A stretch of 64,000 nt of DNA from positions 130,820,001 to 130,884,000 of the forward strand of contig NC_059427.1 of NCBI RefSeq assembly GCF_021028975.2, given 5' to 3'. Of the stretch, positions 1 to 10,199 are shown piece by piece; positions within the stretch are counted from its first letter, which is position 1, and every line of letters begins with the position of its first letter. This stretch comes from Sphaerodactylus townsendi. Taxonomy: Eukaryota. The notes beneath the pieces were generated by a model. It made no database searches, had not been told where the DNA came from, and was given only the letters and a program-made list of their open reading frames with translations. The position numbers and the translations under genes were made by a program.

Positions 1-82
1 TCCTATTTAAAATCTATGTAAACACCATAGTACAGACTCTTTCTAACCCCAGCTTCCAGCTCCAAACATTGCAAAAAGATCT

Positions 83-128
83 ACCGTATATACTTGAGTA
101 TAAGTCGACCCGAATATAAGTCGAGGCA
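83..128. mobile_element. Tc1/mariner-superfamily (Tc2/pogo-like) DNA transposon terminal fragment
   Basis: TA followed by CCGTATATACTTGAGTATAAGTCGACC...TATAAGTCGAGG, typical of a Tc2/pogo-like end; only one end seen. Confidence 0.5.
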
Positions 129-207
129 GGCAATGGCACACCACCTCTGAATGTCTTGTGCCTTGAAAATCCCACCAGGATTTGCCATAAGTCAGATCTG
201 ACTTGAT
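126..207 (+). mobile_element. Sauria-SINE/BovB-type 3' tail fragment
   Basis: GGCAATGGCACACCACCTCTGAATGTC...CCTTGAAAATCCC...GCCATAAGTCAG..GACTTGAT resembles the reverse complement of the SINE tail at 60745-60830. Confidence 0.55.
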
Positions 208-343
208 CAGTGGTGGGATTCAGCAGGTTCGCACCACTTCAGCAGAACCGATTGTTAAAATTGTGCTTGTAAACAACCAGTTGTTAAATTATTTGAATCC
301 CACCACCGGAACCAGTTGTTAAATCATTTGAATCCCACCACTG
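208..343. mobile_element. hAT non-autonomous element (MITE)
   Basis: Perfect TIRs CAGTGGTGGGATTCA / TGAATCCCACCACTG; perfect 8-bp TSD GACTTGAT (200-207, 344-351). Confidence 0.9.
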
Positions 344-385
344 GACTTGATGCCCCCTCCAAATTGATTAGAATAGCCCTTTGTC

Positions 386-1245
386 CAGTGGTGGGATTCA
401 AAACTTTTAGTAACAGGTTCCGATGGTGGTGGGATTCAAACAGTAGCGTAGCGCCAATGGGGCATGGCGTGGCACGACAGGGGCATGGCAAGGCATTCCA
501 GGGGCGTGGCATTCCTGGGCAGGGCTGTGGCAAGGACACAGGGTGCGCGCGCCCCAGGTGCAGTTCCCCTTCGCCCCGCCTCTAGATTCAAATAATGACT
601 GTTTAAAGTATTTAAAAAGCAATATACCGAAAGATAGTGTATTATTTCTTTTTTATATAATTATATCGATTGATTTTAAATAATACTATAAGTAAGGAGA
701 AACCAAAAACTGTTTACAATTGTTAACATATTACAAACATATCTAATTGTCTATCTCCCTCAACCCCCCAACTAAAACATCCTATATTTCCTCCCTCCTT
801 CCCATATTTCCCTCCCTCCCTACTTTCTACTTCCCCTTCAGATTCCTGTAACTACTTTCTCTGTTCCACTTGAAAGAAAACTAACAGAGGAAGAGATCCA
901 AAATCCTTAATCTAAAAGAGTAGTTTAAACTCCTCTCTTTCCAATATAAATTTCAAGGGAAAAAAAGAAAATGAAAAATCTTTACCTATAATACTTTCCC
1001 AACCTTTATACCAATGAACAGTTCATACACACTGGGGGGGGGGGTACCATGGGGGGCAGGGGGGCCGCAGGGGGCCCTGGGGGCGATTTTGCATTTCTCA
1101 CTTGACAAGATTTGTTGTACCCAGGGACAGAGATTACTCCCTTGTCTCTAGTGGAGTTAATCATTAATAACTGGTTCTCCAAACTGAGAAAATTTTAGTA
1201 ACCGGTTCTACCGAATAGGTGCAAATAGGCTGCATCCCACCTCTG
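386..1245. mobile_element. hAT non-autonomous element with the same TIR family as 208-343 and a composite interior
   Basis: TIRs CAGTGGTGGGATTCA / TGCATCCCACCTCTG; perfect 8-bp TSD CCTTTGTC (378-385, 1246-1253); interior has GC-rich blocks and an AT-rich block resembling an L1 3' end. Confidence 0.85.
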
Positions 1246-1274
1246 CCTTTGTCCATCCCCTTTTCTGGCTAGAA

Positions 1275-1422
1275 CAGGGGTAGGGAACCTGCGGCTCTCC
1301 AGATGTTCAGGAACTACAATTCCCATCAGCCCCTACCAGCATGGCCAATTGGCCATGCTGACAGAGGCTGATGGGAATTGTAGTTCCTGAACATCTGGAG
1401 AGCCGCAGGTTCCCTACCCCTG
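1275..1422. mobile_element. 148-bp palindromic hAT (Charlie-like) MITE, family A, copy 1
   Basis: CAGGGGTAGGGAACC...GGTTCCCTACCCCTG, whole element is a near-perfect inverted repeat; 8-bp TSD GGCTAGAA. Confidence 0.95.
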
Positions 1423-4400
1423 GGCTAGAATAATGAAGGCATGGAGGATTAGGTTTTGTTTAATTATTTAATCATAGCTCCCTCCACTAATTTTTATTTT
1501 TTAAAAAAATCTTAGTATCATTTTCCCCTTCTCCTACTTTTCAATGGTTTTGTTCAAATCTGGAGTATAACTTGAGGTTATGACTTCCAAAGCAAGATAT
1601 AGAAGACTGCTTTCTGCAACCCTTTGGGAAATTCTTACTTTAGCTTTATTCTTTATCCTCTGTTGGACATGTTTAGATTTTTCTTTATTCTTTATCCTCT
1701 GTTGGAATTTGTTTCAGAGCAGTAATTTGAACATCAAATAAACCTGTCTGCATATTTTGGGTTCTTTAGGAACATTCATGTTCATGATACCTCCCCCCAC
1801 CTTCCACATCACCAAAGCATTTGTGTTTTTATATTGAAAGAACACAATAAATTGGGCTATCGGTGAAAGGCACTCTGAGAGGAGCCACAGTGGAGCCATT
1901 TTAGCTGCTATATGGATGAATGACTTCTGCAAATGGAGGACATTGCAGAGCAATTTTCAGCTTTTGAGGTAATGATTTGTTTAGGCTTTATTTGTTTTAA
2001 CCTCTCTCCTACCACAGGCTTTAAAGAAAACAAACAATCCTTTGTTTTCCTTCACATTTATAAAGGAGAAAGCTTTCTCAAACATAAATAATGTACTAAA
2101 AACATTAAGACTTTCAATAACTCTACAGAACTGTAGTTCATTCTTCTTCTATTGCTACCCTAGGTACCTCATAAATGGTCGAATCTTTGTACCTTTTTCT
2201 TTTACGATAAGAGGACCATTCTCCATGGTCTAAACTCTCCCCCTCCACATTTACTACATTGCATATTTACTCAGCAGTTAGAAGTCTCACTGTTCAAGGA
2301 TGCTTAGGACTGTAGCCTTGATTCTGTAGATTCAGAATATCATTTTTTTCTGTAGATTCAGAATATTTATTTATACTTTCTAGGCTGCCCATTCCCGAAT
2401 GGGCTCAGAGCAGCATACAACGAAACACACAGGAAAATACATTCCAACTCAAATGCAATTAAGCCCAACAAACATAACAACAATAACAGAAAAAACATTA
2501 AAAACTTTTTAAAAACTTCAAAACCAAGATGGCGGCTCTCTATCTAAAGTCACAGGAGGCCATGATAACTTGATGGTTTAACCCGGCTGGCATGATGGAA
2601 AGGCCTGGTAGAACAGCTCCATCTTGCAGGCCCTGCAGAAGTCATTTAGATCCCGCTGGGCACTGATCTCTGGAGGGAGCTTGTTTCACCTGGTTGGGGC
2701 CAGGACTGAAAAAGCCCTGGCCCTCATGGAGGCCAGCCAAGCAAATTTCCGGCCGGGGATTCCCAGAAGGTTCACCTCCGATGAACGACCTAGTCAAGCA
2801 ATATGGAGAGAGGTAGTCCCTCAGGTATGTAGATCCAAGACCGCTCAAGGCCTTAAAGATTAAAACCAAAACCTTGAAAATGGCTCGGTACTTGATTAGT
2901 AGCCAATGCAATTAATAAAAGACAGGTGTAATATGGTCCTTGCTTGAAACTCCAGCCAGGAGATGAGTGGCGGCATACTGCACAAATTTCAGCTTCTGGA
3001 CTAAATTCAAGGGAAGGCCTGCATAGAGCAATTTACAGTAATCCACTCTAGAGGTGATTATTGCATGGATTACTGTGGGAAGGTCAGAACTGGAGAGATA
3101 TAGGGCCAACTGGCATGCCTGTTGAAGATGGTAAAAAGCAGTCTGGGTGGTCTTAGAAATCTGGGCTTCCAAAGACAACCTGGAGTCCAGAATCACGCCC
3201 AGACTGTGCACCAATGAGGACAGATGTAATTCCTCACTGGCTAAAACAGGCAGCCCAAAATCGGCCGGATCTCTCCCTGACCCACCCACAGAACCTCCAT
3301 CTTTGCTGGATTAAATTTCAGCCTGCTCACTTTCAACCAAACAGCCACAGCCTCAAAACAACACTGGAGAACCTCAGGGGCTGAGTATGGACGACCTGCC
3401 ATTGTTAAGACTAGCTGGGTGTCATCCACATACTGGTGACATTGCAGCCTGAAATTCTGGACCAACTCAGCCAGGGGGCACATATAGATATTAAAGAGCA
3501 TCGGAGAGAGTATTACTCCCTGAGGCACCCCACAATCTATGGGGTACCGATGGGAGCTCTCCTCCCCCGACACTACCTGTATCCCCTGATTCCATAGGAA
3601 CAAGTTTAACCAGCATAATGCTGTTTCCTGTATCCTGGCATTAGCGAGGCAGTGGACCAGTAGGTCATGGGCAACTGTGTCAAATGCTGCAGTGAGATTG
3701 AGGAGTACCAGCAGCGCTGACCCGCCCTGATTGAGCTGGAGCTGAAGCTCATCAACGATGGCGAGTAGAACTGTCTCGGTCCCATGACCAGCGTGGAAAA
3801 CTGGAATTCTTGCAGCTGCTTAGTCACCACTCTCTCAATTACCTTGCCCAGGAATGCTAGACGTGAAACTGAGCAGTAATTGGCCAGATCTAACGAATCT
3901 AAATTCGGTCTCTTCAAGAGAGGGTGGACCACAGCCTCTTTCAGCCGAAACTCCTTGCTCAAGGGAGCTATTGTAACACCTTGCTCAAGGTGGCTCTGTA
4001 ACTCCTATCTTTTACAAGCCAGGAGGAACACGGGTCAAAAGACAAGTGGTAGATCTCACAGCTCCCAGGAACCTGTCAACCTCGGAGGGGCCAAGCAGGG
4101 TGAAATGATCGAAACATAAACCAGAGACCGCCAAGAAGCCTCTAGTTTCCTTATTGTATCAACTGTGGCTGGCAAGGCCTGGCACAGGAAGAAGATCTTA
4201 TCCGCATAATGGCTCACAAATGCCTCACAGCTAAATGCCAATTGATTTTTTGGACCTGTCGACAGGGTCGTAAGTGTCCGAATCACAGAGAACAATTGTG
4301 TCGGGCGAGAGCTTGCAGCTGCAGTGGAGGAGGCAAAGAAAAGCCTCTTCACCTCCTTCAGAGCACTCTCGTAGGATCTCATAAGCATCCTATATGAGCG

Positions 4401-4656
4401 ACTTGTCCCCTCATCACGTGCCCGCCGCAACACTCGCTCAAGCCGTCTCAGCTCCCGTTTCATCCTCCTCTGCTCCTCTGAATACTAGGAAGCCTTGGGG
4501 CAAGCTCCTCGATGGCTTCAGAGAGTCTGGAATTCCAGACCTCTACCAGCTTATCAAGAGAGCTGCCAGGAGGGGGCGCTTCCCGAAGGGGGGGCAGTTA
4601 CGTCAACCTGGGCCTTAAGGATGCAGTGGTCCAACCGTGGCACTTGATTAAGGATA

Positions 4657-5771
4657 TGTTACCTAGCTTAACAGGGGGAAGGATTTCTTTTGGGGTTAGC
4701 AATGGGGAAGAATATCTCGGTTTGGCAAATACATTGGGGAAAGGAGCTTAGCTTGGCAGAACTTTGGGGAGAGCAACTTAGCTTGGCAGAGCTCTGGGGA
4801 GATAACTCACTTGGCAATGCGAGAGGAGGCTAGGTTGGAATCTTTGAGACTATGTATATGGGGAAATATGGCATGGAGCGTTCTGCAGAGTAACACAAGG
4901 AGTCCAAATCAAGTTTAAAATGTTTATATAAATTTGGTTTCAAGCACACATACAGTAAGATATGGAGGCACATACACACACGTTCCTAGAGATATAAAAA
5001 GGTGGGAAAATAGGTTTGAATGATAGAATGGGAAGTGGGAGGCAACAGCGTGATATGTTACCTAATGGTTCCAATGCAGCAGACGAAGGAGAAGGCACGG
5101 ACTCTATGCCAGCACAGAGATCCCGTAGAAGGACGATATCGTGTCTCACACCAACTTGACCAAGGGAGGTTCAGGTTAGAAATGAGCACTGAGCTGAAGG
5201 TGAGCAGGACTTTTATAGGGTGGATCACTGGTTTGGTGGGAAAAGAGACCCTTTGCATTAGGTTTCGTTCCTTGGATCTGTGCTGGGTTGCAGGGCTGAG
5301 CTAATTAGCAGGTTTATCTATTGTTCTAACCCGGGGATTGGTAGCCAATTGTTCTCTTGATTACATTACAAGCACCTTGAATAGGTGGCCGGCAGAGTAA
5401 GTTTCTGGCTATTGTAATTTTGCAGAGGCAGCAAGATTAAATCAGGGATGGGAGCACTTAGGAGGTTTTAGAAACAGCTGAAGGGGAGAAGGTTGCAGCA
5501 TCTCAATTCAAGGTGTAGTGCACATTTGCAACTCTATTAACTGTAGCTCTGGCTTGGGTGAGGACATCAAGGGAGCAAATGAGTAGATTAACTCTCTACT
5601 GACTGTTTGCTGTTTCCAGACTTGCTTTTAGCCTGTTTTATCCGGCTCCACACCATATATAGCTGTTGGCATTAATATGAATCAGAAATATATCTCTCAT
5701 ATATATTATCTCCATAAAAATCCCAGATTGAATGCGTGTTCTGAGAAGTGGGGTGGAAGGGGAACATAACA
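4657..5771 (-). mobile_element. Solo LTR (~1115 bp) of an LTR retroelement (ERV- or Gypsy-type) inserted in the L2 endonuclease
   Basis: TGTTA...TAACA ends; perfect 4-bp TSD GATA (4653-4656, 5772-5775); minus-strand TATAAAA (5211-5217) and CCAAT (5337-5341); ~28-bp tandem repeats 4720-4817; L2 EN motifs resume on both sides. Confidence 0.88.
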
Positions 5772-5860
5772 GATAAGACCACTTGCATACCTGCCATAAA
5801 GATCAGGTCAAGTGTGTGGCCTTTCTCGTGAGTGGGAGTCCTGTTAATAAGGGAAAGCTC

Positions 5861-5879
5861 TATGCCTATTAAAGGTTAA

Positions 5880-5909
<30 letters not shown>
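5861..5909 (+). mobile_element. Ultra-short 5'-truncated RTE-X-like 3' end with (TAAA)n tail
   Basis: TATGCCTATTAAAGGT followed by (TAAA)n; flanked by TSD AATAAGGGAAAG(G)CTC (5846-5860, 5910-5925); same end motif as elements at 38625 and 43595-43610. Confidence 0.7.
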
Positions 5910-5914
<5 letters not shown>

Positions 5915-6609
5915 GGGAAAGGCTCAGCGTTGCCATAGATGACACCAGGTTCATGGCTACCAAGCAGGAGGCCGAATCAGCATGGACGTTGAAGTCCCCC
6001 AGTACAATAAGATTTGGAAACGCCAACACCCACTCTGTGACCACCTCTAGGAACCATGACAGGCTGCCTGCCGGTGCACTAGGTTACGAGTACACTAGCA
6101 GGACAGCCATCCTCTCTGGGGAGTCCCAACTCAGGCCTACACATTCTATTCCATCATCACTGGGACAGAGGGCGTCCTAAAAGAGATGGAATCCCGGATC
6201 AACATTTCTACCCCCCCCCCCCACCCGGTCCTGGGTTCGAGGCTGATGGATGACCATAGAACCTGTAGGGGTGAGTTCCTGGAGGGCAACAGTCTCGCCC
6301 TCCCTCACCCAGGTCTCCGTGATGCAAGCAAGGTTCATGTCCTGTTCTACAAGAAAATCTTGTAGAACTGAGGTTTTATTATTTACGGACCTTGCACTAA
6401 TCACCATCAGACTTGGAACAGGGTATACAACTCCCTCACAACTCCTGTGCCTTGGGATAGGTCTCAGGTCAGACAAAGAACAAGCATTCGCATATCTCGG
6501 ACGATGTCTCTCATATGGCCTGGACCTACTACCATACTTCCCCTGCCCGATTATTACTGGGATCCCCTACACCCCCATGGCCTCCTTGTGGGTTTAACCA
6601 ATTCAATTT

Positions 6610-7376
6610 AACCAAAGGCAAACTCTATGCTGGGGATCATTAGAAAAGGAATTGATCATAAAACTGCAAAGATTGTCATGCCCTTATATAAAGCAGTGGT
6701 GCGACTGCACTTGGAGTACTGTGTCCAGTTCTGGTCGCCGCATCTCAAAAAGGATATTGAGGAGATAGAAAAAGTGCAGAGAAGGGCAACAAGGATGATT
6801 GAGGGACTGGAGCACCTTCCCTATGAGGAGAGGCTGCAGCGTTTGGGACTCCTTTTAGTTTGGAGAGGAGGCTGGCTGGAGGGGGAATGCCTTCATGATT
6901 GAAGTCTATAACAAAATTATGGCATGGGGTAGAAGATGGTGACAGAGAGAAATTTTTCTCTCTTTCTCACAATACTACTAGAACCAGGGGGCATTCATTG
7001 AAAATGCTGGGGAAGAATTAGGACCTTTAATAAAAGGAAACACTTCTTCACGCAACATGTGATTGGTGTTTGGAATATGCTGCCACAGGAGGTGGTGATG
7101 GCCACTAACCTGGATAGCTTTAAAAAGGGCTTGGACAGATTTATGGAGGAGAAGTCGATTTATGGCTACCAATCTTTGGATCCCTCTTTGATCTGAGATT
7201 CCAAATGCCTTAACAGACCAGGTGATCGGGAGCAACAGCCGCAGAAGGCCATTGCGTTCACATCCTACATGTGAGCTCCCAAAGGCACCTGGTGGGCCAC
7301 TGCGAGTAGCAGAGAGCTGGACTAGATGGACTTTGGTCTGATCCAGCTGGCTTGTTCTTATGTTCTTATGTTCTTA
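6610..7376 (+). mobile_element. CR1 LINE, 5'-truncated (ORF2 C-terminus and 3' UTR)
   Basis: ORF 6627-6902 LYKAVVRLHLEYCVQFWSPHLKKDIEEIEKVQRRATRMI; 3' (GTTCTTAT)n tail; probable TSD TTAACCAAT (6594, 7374). Confidence 0.93.
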
Positions 7377-8161
7377 ACCAATCTAACAACTAACACGCAC
7401 CTGTAAGCCTAGGATAAAACATACACTTAATAATTACAAAGCCCTATCTTATTATTCTATCTCTACCTAATATACTTATGGGCAATTGAAAGGAGGATCT
7501 CAGTATAGGGTTTTACAATGAGAGGATGAGAGGCTGGTGTAAGAACAAGGTCTACATAGAGAAGGAGAAAGTGGAAAGTCCTGCTGTGTGCATTCAAGTT
7601 GCCTTCTGTTCATGTATATTTACTGTGAAGGTTTCTTTCTTGAGGCACAGTGACTGAAAAATAAGCCCTCTATAGAGGCAGCGTAACTCCTTGTTTACCA
7701 TTAGAGAGGAAACATCTATTAATCTTCATTTTATAAATATGTCCTGCTGAGCCACAGCTCTAAGAGGTGTAGCTTTTGAAAGCCATCACTAGCCATCTTC
7801 TTGTCTGAATCCTACTTGTTAGTGGGTGGAGGTATTTATATTGAATATGTTTTGCTTTCTCAAATATTCATTCCTCTGTTACTTTAATGACCCATCCAGA
7901 CTTTTAAACTTGGCAAACTCTTTTCATCTTAGAAGAATATCAAGAGCTTGGAAATTTTCTGTTGGTAACTTCTCTTTTCTACCTGTGCTGTTTTCTCAGC
8001 TTAAAACTGCTGGGTGCCCTGTTGGATTGTACTGGATGGTGGACTTCGACTTAAGGAAAGTAGTCTTGTTTAGTTTTTTGTTTGTGTATTGACAGCCGAA
8101 CAAAAAATTGTTAAACCTACGACAACCAGACATCAATGGTGCAATGCAAAAGGTATATGAC

Positions 8162-8371
8162 TAAGGTTGCTGCCTCCAGGTGCTGGGTGGAGATCTCCCT
8201 CTATTACAACTGATTTCCAGGAAATAGAGATCAGTTCACCTGGAGAAAATGTCTGCTTTGGAAGGTAGCATTGTACCTCATTGAAGTTCCTCCCCTCCCC
8301 AAGCCCCACTTTTCCTAAGGTTCCACCCTCAAAATCTCCAGGTATTTCCCAATATGGGCCTGGCAGCCCTA
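8162..8371. mobile_element. hAT MITE with TAGGGTTGCC-type TIR
   Basis: TAAGGTTGCTG ... TGGCAGCCCTA ends; degenerate 8-bp TSD TATATGAC/CATATGAG. Confidence 0.7.
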
Positions 8372-9868
8372 CATATGAGGTAATTGGCTAGGGTATTGGA
8401 TTATGTTCTTTGATATGTAAATAAAAGGCCTTGTTTAGTTGGAAACCAATGTTTTATAATTATAGCAAGCAACTATTATGCACTTTTATTCTAGAATGCG
8501 TGAATTACAAAATGGGATAGGCACAAAGGTTGCTTCTTGCCAGGCACATTCTTTACTCTTCTCACCATCCTTCTCATCCGTCTTGTGCAAGGAATTGAAT
8601 GTAGAAACTTTCACTGACTACCTGTGCTATATAGTTGCAGCACCCCTGCTAAGGGGACTTCACTTTCTCCCCACAAACTGTGATCTGAAGACTGAGTTAA
8701 ATCCTGGTTAACCTGGGTGCTTGCATTTGTATATAACCAGGAATGGTTTCTGGTCTGGGTTCTCTCTGTGTGAAAGAAGTAGTAGGAAGGTGAATGTATG
8801 AGCCCAGCAGTAAACCATGTTCATGTTCATTCTGGTTTCCTATCAGATTGTTGTGAAACCTGACTGCCACCTTTATTTGGGGGAGAGGGGAGGTAATTAG
8901 GTAGAAGTATATGATGATTGGATTGCAACTTTATTTTGGGGAAAGACATTAATGCAATTAAATTCGCAAAGCACAGATGTCTAAGTGTTTTCATAAAGTA
9001 GCTGTAAGTTTATCCTGTGGAACTATACCATCACTTTTTGAAATGGCTATAGCAGAAGATGTGTTGATTCTAGAACTCGCATGTCTGTTTAACGAAACCC
9101 CCCAATAGCAGCATCTTTAGTCATTTTCACATTATTTTTTTAACGAATCATCAGATGAGGCGGTGTGAATTGTGAATATACCCGTGTCTTCAGGAGTCAA
9201 AGAGATAAGAAATTAGAAAAATACGTGTTTGTGTGTGGTGGTAATCCAGTAGAAAATACACCAGCATCCTTCAGGTTTTGCAGGGCTCCTCCTAAACTTA
9301 TTAACGGAAAAGTGGTGACTTACGGAAGTTCCTCTTTTGCAATTTGCAAGAATTATGACCTAGCAAAGTGGTTTGTAATTAGCAGTGAATGAAATGCTCT
9401 GTATATAATATTGCATTAGTTATAGATAAACCGGCATAAAGCTTTCAAATATCCTCTCAGATTTCCCTGTTTCCAGTTATTAAGAGAGGGCTTCAGATGC
9501 TTTGCCTGTGATTGTCTTTAGTGTCACATGCATTACCTTAATGTGGCCTGCTTTCTGGCCTGATTTTATCAAGGCTTTTTGCAACGCTAGACTTCTATAA
9601 GCAGTGTGTGCACTTGATATGACAGTTGCTTTTATTTAGTGGATTGTAATGGAAGCAAGAATCAATTTATAGTTGATAGACATTCTAGAAATTTTGGTAT
9701 GACTGCCAGTGAATGCTTTACTTGAACTAGATGTCTGCTGTATGACAGGCCACAATATAGATTCTGTCTTACTTTTTGAAAGAAAAAAATCTGATGAACA
9801 AAACCAGAGGAGTCAATGCAAATTGGACACATTTGCGTGAAATAACCATGCAGAATTTAGGCTCATGT

Positions 9869-10199
9869 CAGGGGTCCCCAACAGAGAGCTTTTGAGCACC
9901 ATGGTGCCTGCCAACACCTTTCCTGGTACTTGCTAAGTATTTTAGGAAGTGGACAGGCCATGTAGGGCTTTTGCCCAGCAAGGCTTCTGATTGACTATTG
10001 GAAATGTCAGTGTCTGAGGAGATGTTTTAAAACGTTGTTTTGGCAGTTGCCCACCAGCACAAGAATCTACACCATGTTACTAAAGGTAAGTTGTGGATTC
10101 GCTTCCCATAGCAGCCATTTTGTGGCAGTTTGCTGCGCCCACTGTGCCATGTCAGAATTCCACAGGTGCCTTCAGGATCAAAAAGGTTGGGGATTCCTG
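9869..10199. mobile_element. Older hAT (Charlie-like) MITE
   Basis: CAGGGGTCCCCAAC ... GTTGGGGATTCCTG; degenerate TSD GCTCATGT/GGCCATGT. Confidence 0.7.

Larger units (their letters stand above)
2365..6590 (-). mobile_element. L2-clade LINE with near full-length decayed ORF2 (APE endonuclease + RT), interrupted by two insertions
   Basis: EN motifs ISARSVNNK, LACITETW (6177-6476), IVLGDFNVH (5844-6044), PTHEKGHTLDL (~5790-5840); RT motifs AFLGKVIERVV, GVPQGVILSPMLFNIYM, YVDDTQL, SLGVILDSRLS, SRVDYC, HWLLIKYRAIFKVL; many frameshifts and stops. Confidence 0.92.

Noticed and set aside
1500-2240. Degraded L1 on the minus strand
   Set aside because: Only faint motif similarity; cannot be delimited
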